This document shows positions 46,474 to 55,655 of a stretch of 64,000 nucleotides of DNA, in pieces. Position 1 is the stretch's first letter, and each line of letters begins with the position of its first letter. This DNA comes from Candidatus Aldehydirespiratoraceae bacterium (GTDB lineage Bacteria; Actinomycetota; Acidimicrobiia; Acidimicrobiales; Aldehydirespiratoraceae). Below the pieces are notes generated by a model. That model made no database searches. It was not told where the DNA came from and worked only from the letters and a program-made list of their open reading frames with translations. A program made the translations under genes and the position numbers. Location of the stretch: positions 4,100 through 68,099 of the forward strand of contig JBLIOE010000020.1 of NCBI GenBank assembly GCA_047639555.1, in the 5' to 3' direction.

Positions 46474-47780
46474 GATGCGACCTCCTGGACTTGGTTGAGG
46501 GGGTTCATTCCCGGGCAGCCTTTGGCGCGCTCGGGGATTTCGGCATAGTCGATTGGTGTCTCGACGAATTCCTTCGTCGGGCAGAACTGCTCGGCGATGG
46601 GGAGTAGTGCATCGAGATCGAAGTTGTAGATCTTTGCCGCGTTGTCGGTGAGCATCATCGTGGTCTCGGCGCGGGTCATCTGAGCGAAGGTCAGCCGAAG
46701 GTGCTCATGGGTGTGGGGGTACGAGCCCTCGATGTGGGGATAGTCAGAGCCCCACATCACGCGATCGATACCGACGCCGCGAGCGATCTCGGCCTCGGCC
46801 GGGCGAAGGAACGAGGCGCCGATGTAACACTGACGGTTGAAATATTCCGTGGGGGTGAGCGACATCTGGGCGACCGCTTGGCCGCCGAAGATCGACTCGG
46901 ATCCGTACTTCGAGAACTTCATCCGGTGATGGAAGCTGTCGAGCTTGGCCAGTGTGTCGGGCACCCACGACGTGCCGGTCTCGGTGATGACATAGGGGAG
47001 CTCGGGATAACGCTCGAACACGCCGGAGAACATGAGGTGCCACAGTGCTCGCTGAGTCCACCACTGGACCTCGAGCATGAACATCGCCAGTGAGGCTGGG
47101 AAGTGGTTGCCGAAGTTCGGTGTGGCGCCGCCGGCGTGATGGTTGAGCGGCATGTTGTGCGCCGCGGCGGCCGCCCAGATTGGTTCATACTCGGCGGAGT
47201 AGAGCGGCTCAAACGGTGAGTCCGGTGGAGCGCCCGGTACGAGAATGCCGCCGCGTAAGCCCTGCTCGGCCGCCCACTCGATCTCCTTAACCGAACCTTC
47301 TACATCGCCGAGGAAGATTTGGATGATGCCGGCGCGGCGCTCGGGAGCTTGGCTCACGAAGTCGGCGAGCCAACGGTTGTGAGCCTTCAGCCCGGCCCAG
47401 CGGTTCTCGAAGTTGTCGGAGTAGGGCGGAGCCTCGAATGAGGTGGATGCGGGCGGAGAGAAGGGCGGCTGGGTGTTGGGGAACAGCACCGCCGCGATGA
47501 CCCCGTCGGCCTCTTGTTCACGGAGGCGCTTCTCGGAAGAAAAGTTGCGGTAGCCGAACTCGTCGGGGTCGCCGTCGACGCCAACTTCCATCGGCGACCG
47601 TTCCATGTCTATATACGCAGCCTTGCGGCGCTGGTGGTCGTCCGCCATGAATGCGGCCCATTGGTCGAATTCAGCGTGGTACTTCTCCTCCAGATACGGG
47701 CGGTATCCGAGAAGGTCAGCGCCGCAGTGGGTGTCGGCCGAGATGACAATGTGGTGAGCGGAGTCGGGTCGTGAACTCAT
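46470..47780 (-). CDS. amidohydrolase-2 family protein (ACMSD-like metal-dependent hydrolase/decarboxylase)
   Basis: Start MSSRPDSAHHIVISADTHCG (metal-binding D.H), C-terminal WGSDYPHIEG. Confidence 0.75.
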   Translation of the reverse strand: MSSRPDSAHHIVISADTHCGADLLGYRPYLEEKYHAEFDQWAAFMADDHQRRKAAYIDMERSPMEVGVDGDPDEFGYRNFSSEKRLREQEADGVIAAVLFPNTQPPFSPPASTSFEAPPYSDNFENRWAGLKAHNRWLADFVSQAPERRAGIIQIFLGDVEGSVKEIEWAAEQGLRGGILVPGAPPDSPFEPLYSAEYEPIWAAAAAHNMPLNHHAGGATPNFGNHFPASLAMFMLEVQWWTQRALWHLMFSGVFERYPELPYVITETGTSWVPDTLAKLDSFHHRMKFSKYGSESIFGGQAVAQMSLTPTEYFNRQCYIGASFLRPAEAEIARGVGIDRVMWGSDYPHIEGSYPHTHEHLRLTFAQMTRAETTMMLTDNAAKIYNFDLDALLPIAEQFCPTKEFVETPIDYAEIPERAKGCPGMNPLNQVQEVAS

Positions 47781-47954
47781 ATTTGCAGTCTGGCCTCTAC
47801 ACCTGGGAAGGGCGAAACTGCGAAGCTGAAAATTTCCTATTGAGCAACCGGCTAACTCCGCGCTACGATACCCGATAACATTCATCGGGATTCAGATCAC
47901 GCAGATCTGCACCCCATCGGGACTCGCCCACCGAGCGAAATGCGGAGCAGGCAC

Positions 47955-49034
47955 ATGACAACGACGAGGTCGATCGACTTCCTTCAGGCACCACCGGAAC
48001 TTGATCGTCGTCTCGACGACATCATTGTTCCCCAATGGTGGAACGGCACACCGGCCATTCCGGCCGATCGTTATGAGATCGACGCCGGTGGCGCGGCGAA
48101 CCTTGAGACCAACTGTCTGTTGGCTCGAGAGATGCGGCGTGTTTATGACGAGGTCGGACTTGTGCACGTGCGCAACACTGGCCTCACCGAACTCTCCGAC
48201 ATGCGAACGCTGGCGATGCATTGCCTACCGGGTGAGATGGTGTACGAGGGCGGAAGTAATCCGCGCGAGTCGCTCGAGAAGAACGTGTTCGAAGTGGGCG
48301 CACCTCTCTCGGCCCATCTTCACTACCACCACGAGATGGCCTACGTCGCCAAGAGCACGCGGGCGCTCGCGTTCTTGTGCAAGGAAGCGCTGCCCGATCG
48401 CGGCGCCACGTATTTCTCCGACGGACTCGCCAGCACCGACTTCATGCTCTCGACCGAACTTGGTCAGAAGCTGAAGGAACTCGGCGTTTGTTACCACCGC
48501 AATCTCACCGACCGCGAAGCGTTCGCCGACAAGCTCGAGATTGGCGTCTACAACCATTGGCAACTGTCGATGTTCACCGACGACCCGGCCGAGGCCGAGG
48601 CCTATGCGGCTGAGCGCGGCCTGCTCACCGAGTGGGGCCCGAATCGCCTGCTGAAGACGAAGTACTACTGCGATGCGTTTGAGTACGACCCGATCACCGA
48701 CCGCAATCTGTTCTACTGCTCGATCGCCGATCACGGGATGTGGTTCGACGGCTGGCCGATGGTCATGCATCTTCCGCACAACGAACGTCCGCTCCACATG
48801 ACCTTCGGCGATGACTCAGAGTTCAGTCGCGACGAGTTGCAGCAAATGGTCTCGCAGTACGACAACTTCGGCATCAAAGTCGATTGGCGTCAGGGCGAGG
48901 TCGCCGTGTTCGACAACTTCCGCTTTGCGCATGGTCGCCCCGGCATCGAACTCGAAGCGGGCGAAGCTCGTCAGCTCGGCGTGATGCTCGGCCCGAAGTA
49001 CGACCGAGTGGGATCTGACACCACCAAGTGGTGA
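47955..49034 (+). CDS. TauD/TfdA-like Fe(II)/2-oxoglutarate-dependent dioxygenase
   Basis: HLHYHHEMAY (H-x-E facial triad region) and VFDNFRFAHGR. ATG 47955 has GGAG 8 nt upstream (the longest ORF starts at 47940). Confidence 0.65.
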   Translation: MTTTRSIDFLQAPPELDRRLDDIIVPQWWNGTPAIPADRYEIDAGGAANLETNCLLAREMRRVYDEVGLVHVRNTGLTELSDMRTLAMHCLPGEMVYEGGSNPRESLEKNVFEVGAPLSAHLHYHHEMAYVAKSTRALAFLCKEALPDRGATYFSDGLASTDFMLSTELGQKLKELGVCYHRNLTDREAFADKLEIGVYNHWQLSMFTDDPAEAEAYAAERGLLTEWGPNRLLKTKYYCDAFEYDPITDRNLFYCSIADHGMWFDGWPMVMHLPHNERPLHMTFGDDSEFSRDELQQMVSQYDNFGIKVDWRQGEVAVFDNFRFAHGRPGIELEAGEARQLGVMLGPKYDRVGSDTTKW

Positions 49035-49043
49035 CGGAGGCGG

Positions 49044-49298
49044 TTATGCCGCGCCGTCGACAACCTGAAGTGTTGCCTTCTTCTTGAGGCCGTCGCGGTC
49101 GTGGCGCTCGAGGCAGCAATTCAGCGCGCGGATCTTGTCGCTCGCGGTGGTCTTGTGGAAGTTCGGCATGATGGCGTGGACGAATGCCGCAGCGGCCGCG
49201 CCGGCAAGTTGACGGCTCACGCCCATGGCTACACCGAAGTGTTCGCCGAAGGTTTCGCCCGCGTCGTGGGGGTGCTGGGTGAAGGGGTTCGCAGCCAT
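49044..49298 (-). CDS. small conserved hypothetical protein (DUF6356-like)
   Basis: 84 aa. FTQHPHDAGETFGEHFGVAMGVS...FVHAIMPNFHKTTASDKIRAL resembles that family as I recall it. Confidence 0.4.
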   Translation of the reverse strand: MAANPFTQHPHDAGETFGEHFGVAMGVSRQLAGAAAAAFVHAIMPNFHKTTASDKIRALNCCLERHDRDGLKKKATLQVVDGAA

Positions 49299-49411
49299 AG
49301 GTTCAGAGTAGAGATATTTCCAAGAAAGAACTGTGCGTTGTTTGCGGCAGTTCGCGCAGATGTAGTGATTCTGTTTCGCAAAATGATGAAATGGTGCAAT
49401 AGTCTTCGATT

Positions 49412-49870
49412 GTGGATGAAGTTGATCGGGAAATACTCCAATTGCTCCAAGAACGCGGCGACCTCACGGCCCGCGAGCTCGCCGAGCACGTTGGTCTCAC
49501 GGCAACGCCGTGCTGGCGGCGGGTGCAGAACCTTGAGAAGGCCGGGGTGATCAAGGGTCGAGTGGCGTTGCTTGACCCAGCCAAGCTCAACCTCGATGTC
49601 ACTGCACTCGTGCACATCCGCACCAACGACCACAGTGCCGCGTGGACCGACACGTTCTGTGTCGGGATCTCCAACCTCCCTGAAATCGTCGAGGCGTATC
49701 GCACTAGCGGCGAGATCGACTACACGCTCAAAGTTGTCGTGCCCTCGATTGAGGCTTACGACGACTTCTACAAGCGCCTCATTGCCCGCGTCGACCTCTA
49801 CGACGTCCGCACCGTCTTCGTGATGGAGCAAATGAAACAAACCACGGCGTTGCCGCTCGACTATCTCTAA
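49412..49870 (+). CDS. Lrp/AsnC-family transcriptional regulator
   Basis: VDREILQLLQERGDLTARELAEHVGLTATPCWRRVQNLEKAGVI. GTG start, with an AT-rich upstream region. Confidence 0.9.
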   Translation: MDEVDREILQLLQERGDLTARELAEHVGLTATPCWRRVQNLEKAGVIKGRVALLDPAKLNLDVTALVHIRTNDHSAAWTDTFCVGISNLPEIVEAYRTSGEIDYTLKVVVPSIEAYDDFYKRLIARVDLYDVRTVFVMEQMKQTTALPLDYL

Positions 49871-49929
49871 TTCTGGGTGGGCCGGTCGCTGCGTCTACCT
49901 TGGCGCGCACCCGTCTTAAGGAGACAGCA

Positions 49930-50796
49930 ATGTCGGCGACCGTCGGATACATCGGATTAGGCGCCATGGGTGGCGCAATGGCTGGCCGTTTGGCCGAGAA
50001 CGGGTTTGACCTTCAGGTCTTCGATCTCAACCCCGACGCCATTGCCGCCGCAGTCGCGAAAGGCGCAACCGCCGCCACGTCCGGTGCGGAACTTGCCGCG
50101 GCCTGCGAGCACATCAGCATCTGCGTGCCCGACGACGCGGCGGTAATGGAAGTCGTCTCGGGAGAGAACGGCATCCTCGACTCGTGTGCGGCAGGTACAA
50201 CGATCGCCGTCCACTCGACGGTCCACCCCGACACCGTCCGCGACCTCGCCGCCCTGGCGGACGAAAAGGACGTTGCCCTGTTCGATGCCGGTGTTGCTGG
50301 CGGAGCAGCGGCCGCTGAAGTCGGCGACCTCTCCATCATGGCGGGTATTCCCGAGGGCGGGCTCACTGAAACGGCTCGGTCCGTTCTGGACTGTTGCGGC
50401 GGTGCCGTCTTCGAAGCGGGGCCCGTGGGCACCGGCATGGCGATGAAGGTCGCGTTCAACGTGATGACCTACTTCCAGCAAGCCGCGCTGAGCGCAGCGA
50501 ACCAGATCGTGGTCGGCGAGGGCAGCGACCCCGAACAACTGCTCGCCGCGTGGCGTCACGTCGGCCAGCTCGGTGCGCTGACCGAACGCTTCTATCCGCT
50601 GGTCACTATGGCTCCAGAGACGAAGGTCGGTGACCTCGGCGAATTCCTCGCTGGGAACATCTATCTCGCCGAGAAGGATCTTGATCTTGCCGCAAGCCTC
50701 GGCCGCGAGACCGGTCGACCAATGCCGGTCGTTGAGACCGTTCGCGATGCGATGAATCTCATCTACGGCATGCCCACCAGCGAAGGGGAGAACTGA
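49930..50796 (+). CDS. NAD(P)-binding 3-hydroxyisobutyrate/6-phosphogluconate dehydrogenase-like oxidoreductase
   Basis: VGYIGLGAMGGAMAGRL, with AAGGAG upstream of ATG 49930. Confidence 0.8.
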   Translation: MSATVGYIGLGAMGGAMAGRLAENGFDLQVFDLNPDAIAAAVAKGATAATSGAELAAACEHISICVPDDAAVMEVVSGENGILDSCAAGTTIAVHSTVHPDTVRDLAALADEKDVALFDAGVAGGAAAAEVGDLSIMAGIPEGGLTETARSVLDCCGGAVFEAGPVGTGMAMKVAFNVMTYFQQAALSAANQIVVGEGSDPEQLLAAWRHVGQLGALTERFYPLVTMAPETKVGDLGEFLAGNIYLAEKDLDLAASLGRETGRPMPVVETVRDAMNLIYGMPTSEGEN

Positions 50797-51200
50797 TGAC
50801 TCACGAAGTCGACCAACAGAAGTGGGAGCGCGGCGCCGCCAAGCTCGAAGACGTTTATCAGGGTGTCGTCCCCGTCGTCCCCCAAGGGTTCATGGACTTT
50901 GCCGACATCATGACCGAGGACCTCTTCGGTGCGGTCTGGACTCGTGATGCGCTTGACGTGCGGGATCGACGTCTGATCATCATGGGCGTGATCGCCGCGA
51001 TCGGGGGCACCTCCACTTGGAAGATTCAGTGTCTGGCTGGTCTCAAGCGGGGCGACTTCGACGAAGAGCAGGTCCGCGAAGTGTTGATCCAGGCGACGCC
51101 GTACGTGGGATACCCGCGGGCGGCGGAGATGGTCGGGGTCACCGAGGAAGCCATCAACGAATACAAGAAATCGCTGAAGGAAGAGGAAGCCCCCGAGTGA
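50796..51200 (+). CDS. carboxymuconolactone decarboxylase (CMD/AhpD-like) family protein
   Basis: FGAVWTRDALDVRDRRLIIMGVIAAIG...QATPYVGYPR. ATGA overlap with the upstream gene. Confidence 0.8.
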   Translation: MTHEVDQQKWERGAAKLEDVYQGVVPVVPQGFMDFADIMTEDLFGAVWTRDALDVRDRRLIIMGVIAAIGGTSTWKIQCLAGLKRGDFDEEQVREVLIQATPYVGYPRAAEMVGVTEEAINEYKKSLKEEEAPE

Positions 51201-52144
51201 GCGCAATCAACACCGCCGACGGATGGTCGTACGGCATCCAACTTCCGATCCAGACCCTCACCCGGACGCTGGTCGACCCGTGGGAAGACGCGGCGACGGT
51301 CGACGATCTCGTCGCCATCGCGAAGCGTTGCGACGACCAGGGCTACGACTTCGTTGGTGTCTGTGATCACATCGCGATTCCCGACAACGAGTACTGCGCT
51401 CGGATGACGACCACCTGGTACGACACCATCGCGACGCTCGGCTTTCTCGCCGCCCACACCACCCGCACTCGTTTGCTCTCCGTCGTGTGGATCGCGGCCT
51501 ATCGCCATCCGCTTCAGACTGCGAAGGCTTTCGGCACACTCGACCACCTGTCGGGTGGACGCGTGATCTTGGGTGCGGGCGCCGGCCATGTTGAAGCCGA
51601 GTTCGACGCGCTCGGTGTCGACTTCAAAACCCGCGGCAAACGTCTCGACGAGACACTGGCTGCCGTTCGGGGCGCGTTCACCGACACCTATGTCTCGCAT
51701 GAAGGTGACTTTTACAACTACGCCGAAGTCGGAATCGCACCGCAGCCGGCAAACGATCTACCGATCTGGATCGGTGGTAGCGGTAAGGCCGCCTGGCGCC
51801 GCACTGGACGAGTTGGCGATGGCTACATCCCGATGGGCAACGGCAAGGAGCAATACCCCGAGATTGTCGACACCATCGGCGCTGCGGCCGAAGCAGCGGG
51901 TCGGGGTGGCGCGCCGATGGACATTGGCTATATGCCGCCGTGGACCTACCTCCTCGGTGATGTCCCGGACGGTGTTATGGCGCTGGCCGGTGGCGTCGAG
52001 CCGATGGTCGAAGACCTGCGGGCGGCGCGAGAATCAGGAGCGAACACGTTCCACCTGAAGTTTCGTGCTCGCGACCTACCGGAGTACCTGGACCAGGTCG
52101 ACGCGTTCGCCGAACAGGTTGTCCCGCTGGTCAATGAAGGCTGA
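51197..52144 (+). CDS. LLM-class F420-dependent oxidoreductase
   Basis: GTG 51197 overlaps the CMD stop (GTGA). LGFLAAHTTRTRLLS...LDHLSGGRVILGAGAGH, IWIGGSG. Confidence 0.75.
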   Translation: MSAINTADGWSYGIQLPIQTLTRTLVDPWEDAATVDDLVAIAKRCDDQGYDFVGVCDHIAIPDNEYCARMTTTWYDTIATLGFLAAHTTRTRLLSVVWIAAYRHPLQTAKAFGTLDHLSGGRVILGAGAGHVEAEFDALGVDFKTRGKRLDETLAAVRGAFTDTYVSHEGDFYNYAEVGIAPQPANDLPIWIGGSGKAAWRRTGRVGDGYIPMGNGKEQYPEIVDTIGAAAEAAGRGGAPMDIGYMPPWTYLLGDVPDGVMALAGGVEPMVEDLRAARESGANTFHLKFRARDLPEYLDQVDAFAEQVVPLVNEG

Positions 52145-52162
52145 ATCGGTCACACTCCGCAC

Positions 52163-52999
52163 ATGGTTCAAGTGAACAGCATCGAATTGACACAGCGCTT
52201 CGAGGTCGAGGGCTTCTCTCTCGCCTGGGACGAATGGGGGAGCGCCGATGGTCCGCCGCTTGTGCTGATCCACGGCTTCTCTGGTTCCGCTCACGACTTC
52301 GCGCTCCACATCCCCGCGCTCGCCGCGGATCGCCGCGTGCTTGCCATCGATCACCGCGGTCACGGTCGCTCGTCGAACTCCGGCGATGAGGCCACGTACA
52401 CGGTTGATCACATTGTCGACGACGTCATCGCATGGCTCTCGGCCACGGTCGACGGACCAATCGATCTGCTGGGCCACTCGATGGGCGGTCGGGTCGCGTT
52501 GCGCCTCGCACTGGCCCGCCGTGACCTTCTCCGATCGATTGTCCTGATGGACACGACGGCGTGGGCCTTTGGGATCGACGACCCAGAGATGGCGGCCATG
52601 GTGAAGGGGTTCTTCGAATCGATAACCGCCGACACACCCATGACTTTCCCCGCCGGTCCGGAGACGGCGCTGATTGAGGCGGCCACCCCGGCGGATTGGC
52701 AGGCCATCAAAGACGAGTTAAGCGCGGCGTTTGACCCGATGGCGGCCCGAGCGCTTGGCCTCGCGCTGTTCGGCAACAAGCTCGAGCAGGTCGACCACCG
52801 TCTCGGTGATATCGACGCTCCCGTGACTGTGATCGCCGGTGAACACGACCATCCCTATGTCGACCACGCTCAGGCCCTGGCCGACAATGTCGTCAACGGT
52901 CAACACGTGATCATCGCGGGCGCCTACCACTCGCCCCAGCTGACCCACCAAGCCGAGTGGCTCGCCGCCGTCCAGTTCCACCTCGCCCGCGTTTCGTAA
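52163..52999 (+). CDS. alpha/beta hydrolase
   Basis: LVLIHGFSGSAHDF, GHSMGG (nucleophile elbow), GAYHSPQL. Confidence 0.85.
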   Translation: MVQVNSIELTQRFEVEGFSLAWDEWGSADGPPLVLIHGFSGSAHDFALHIPALAADRRVLAIDHRGHGRSSNSGDEATYTVDHIVDDVIAWLSATVDGPIDLLGHSMGGRVALRLALARRDLLRSIVLMDTTAWAFGIDDPEMAAMVKGFFESITADTPMTFPAGPETALIEAATPADWQAIKDELSAAFDPMAARALGLALFGNKLEQVDHRLGDIDAPVTVIAGEHDHPYVDHAQALADNVVNGQHVIIAGAYHSPQLTHQAEWLAAVQFHLARVS

Positions 53000-53009
53000 C
53001 CGGGTAGTG

Positions 53010-53870
53010 ATGGGCCGCGTGCAGGGCATCTCGGCGATCGACACCATGATCGGGTTTCGGGCGACCGCGAATGTTGACCGCAACCCGACGAACGTTCGTG
53101 AATCGCAAAAGGGTCAACTCCACCCGGCCGACTACATGTATCGCGACATTCCGGAAACGGCCAGGCCGGAAGACGGCATCGCTGAGGCGATCGCTGACAC
53201 GCTCGCGGCCATGGACAACAACGGTGTCGGTGTTGGCCTGATCGCCCTTGGGCACCCGGCGTCGATCGCGGCGGCCGAGACGTTTCCTGACCGATTCGCA
53301 CTCTCCACGCTCGTTGATGGCAACGATGTGATGGGCGCGGTTCGTCAGATCCAAACCGACCACTCAATCCATGGCGTCCGAGCCGTTGGAGCGTTCCCCG
53401 CGGGCACCTCGCCGACGATCCGGATCGACGATGCGCACTGGTATCCCGTCTACGCGACGTGTGTCGAACTCGGGCTGCCAATCTTCGTGAACGCCGGCGT
53501 GCCTGGCCCGAGGGTGCCAATGGACAGCCAACACGTCGAAGCGATTGACCGGGTGATGTACGACTTTCCCGAGTTGGTCATGGTGCTCCGTCACGGCGCC
53601 GAGCCGTGGGAAACGCTCGCGGTGAAGCTGATGATCAAGTGGCCGGGACTGCACTACTCCACATCGGCCTTCGCCCCGAAGCACTACCCGCAGGCGATCA
53701 TCAACTACGCGAACACTCGCGGCGCCGAGAAGATCATCTACGGGGGCTACCACCCGTATGCGCTTGAACTCGACCGCATCTTCGCCGAACTCGACGATGT
53801 GCCGTTCCGAGACCATGTTTGGGAACCGTTCCTGCGCGGCAACGCCGCGAGGATTCTCGGCCTCGCCTAA
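53010..53870 (+). CDS. amidohydrolase-2 family protein
   Basis: The size and motifs (LPIFVNAG.., VLRHGAEPW, GGYHPY) fit TIM-barrel metal hydrolases of this family. Confidence 0.65.
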   Translation: MGRVQGISAIDTMIGFRATANVDRNPTNVRESQKGQLHPADYMYRDIPETARPEDGIAEAIADTLAAMDNNGVGVGLIALGHPASIAAAETFPDRFALSTLVDGNDVMGAVRQIQTDHSIHGVRAVGAFPAGTSPTIRIDDAHWYPVYATCVELGLPIFVNAGVPGPRVPMDSQHVEAIDRVMYDFPELVMVLRHGAEPWETLAVKLMIKWPGLHYSTSAFAPKHYPQAIINYANTRGAEKIIYGGYHPYALELDRIFAELDDVPFRDHVWEPFLRGNAARILGLA

Positions 53871-55093
53871 GTCACCGCGCCCTTCACCTTGAGGTCGATG
53901 ACCTCGTCCATGTCCATGCCGAGGTCGCCGGTGAGGATCTCGTCGCCGTGTTCGTTGAATCCGGGCGCTCGACCGACTGGGCTCGGGGCGCCGTTGAACT
54001 GCACGGGTGTGGTCACGAGCTTGAACGGCACGCCGGCCTCGTTCTCCAGGTCTTGCACGTAGTCGTTGGCGATCGATTGCGGGTCGTCGATGATCTCGAG
54101 CGAGTCGAGCACCGGTGTCCACTGGCCGTTGAAGTTGGCGAGGAGTTCGACGACTTCGGCGAGTGAGCGCGAGCCGATCACTTCGTCGACAACCGCCTTC
54201 GCCTCACCCGCGTTCGCGGTCAGTGTCTCGTGGTCGACAAACCGAGGGTCTTTGATGAGCTCGGGGCGACCGATCACTCCACAGAACTCCTGCCAGTATT
54301 TCAACGGTTGGAGGCAGGTGATATTGACCACCCGGCCGTCGTTGGTCGGGAAGGTGCCGAGCAGCGGGTTGAAGACCGTCTTGCCGAGGTCAAACGGGCG
54401 CCAGGCGGTGCCGTTCACATGGCTCATCGCAATTCCGGACGCCATCGCCCACATGCCGGTGGCCAGGAGTGACACCTCAAGCGACTGTGGTTCTCCCGTG
54501 CGTTCGCGCTTCAGGAGGGCGGCACTGATGCCACCAGCAATTGTCATCGCCCCCATCGAGTCGCCGAACGCCGGGCCGGGCTGGCTTGGCATCCGCTCGT
54601 CGTCGACGTACCACGCACCCATCGCTGCGCCGGAACGGCACCAGAACGAAGTCATGTCGTAGCCGCCACGATTTCCTTCGGGCCCCTTCGGCCCCCAGGC
54701 CGTGCCCGCCGCGTAGACGATGTCCGGGTTGTGGGCTCGGACCTCCGTCTCGGTGATCTTCAGCCTCTCGCGCACGATTGGCGGCTTGTTGACGAGGAAG
54801 ACATCGCTGATCGCGATGAGCCGATGGAGGACGGCGAGGCCCTCCTCGGTCTTCAGGTCGAGGCCGAGGCTGCGCTTGCCGCGATTGGCGTGTTCCATGA
54901 TCGCGTGGACGTTGCCGCTGAGGTCGACCGACCCACTTTGCGCGAGCCCGCGCGCGGCATCGCCGCGAACGGCGTGCTCGATCTTGATGACGTCGGCGCC
55001 CCAATCGGCGAGGATCGCTGACGCTGCGGGGACGAACGTGTGGTCCGCCACTTCGAGAATTCGAATTCCATCCATAACTCCACTCATGCCCAT
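53867..55093 (-). CDS. CaiB/BaiF family III CoA-transferase
   Basis: GIRILEVADHTFVPAASAILADWGADVIKIE, GRP..I.DPRF region. Confidence 0.85.
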   Translation of the reverse strand: MGMSGVMDGIRILEVADHTFVPAASAILADWGADVIKIEHAVRGDAARGLAQSGSVDLSGNVHAIMEHANRGKRSLGLDLKTEEGLAVLHRLIAISDVFLVNKPPIVRERLKITETEVRAHNPDIVYAAGTAWGPKGPEGNRGGYDMTSFWCRSGAAMGAWYVDDERMPSQPGPAFGDSMGAMTIAGGISAALLKRERTGEPQSLEVSLLATGMWAMASGIAMSHVNGTAWRPFDLGKTVFNPLLGTFPTNDGRVVNITCLQPLKYWQEFCGVIGRPELIKDPRFVDHETLTANAGEAKAVVDEVIGSRSLAEVVELLANFNGQWTPVLDSLEIIDDPQSIANDYVQDLENEAGVPFKLVTTPVQFNGAPSPVGRAPGFNEHGDEILTGDLGMDMDEVIDLKVKGAVT

Positions 55094-55130
55094 GTCCTAT
55101 CACGGACCCATTTGCGATAAGGGTGTGCCC

Positions 55131-55646
55131 ATGAACGCCGAAGACTTCACACCGAGCGCCGACGAGCTGATCGCGAACAACGCCATCTATGCCGGGTCCT
55201 TCGACCCTCGAGGCAAGAAGGTCAGGCCGGTTCGCCAGCTGGCGATCGTCGCGTGCATGGATTCGCGGATGCCGATCTTCCCCATCCTGGGGCTCGATAG
55301 AGGCGACGCCCATGTGATCCGTAATGCCGGCGGAGTGGTGACGGACGACGTGATTCGTTCGCTGTGCCTCTCGCAACGCTCGATGGGCACCCGGGAGATT
55401 GTGCTTCTGCATCACACCGATTGCGGCCTCCAACACGTGACCGAGGACGGGTTCAACGCTGAGATCGAAGCCGAGATCGGGATGAAGCCCACGTGGGCGC
55501 TCGAGTCATTCGACGACCCGTACGCCGATATTCGGCAATCGATGCAACGGCTGAAGCTCTCGCCGTTCCTTCTCCACAAAGACCACATACGAGGCTTTGT
55601 CTACGACGTGGCCGACGGCCGGCTCAACGAGGTTGCGGACGGCTGA
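55131..55646 (+). CDS. beta-class carbonic anhydrase
   Basis: Zinc ligands C-M-D-S-R (VACMDSRMP) and HHTDCG. Confidence 0.8.
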   Translation: MNAEDFTPSADELIANNAIYAGSFDPRGKKVRPVRQLAIVACMDSRMPIFPILGLDRGDAHVIRNAGGVVTDDVIRSLCLSQRSMGTREIVLLHHTDCGLQHVTEDGFNAEIEAEIGMKPTWALESFDDPYADIRQSMQRLKLSPFLLHKDHIRGFVYDVADGRLNEVADG

Positions 55647-55655
55647 AGCTGTCGT

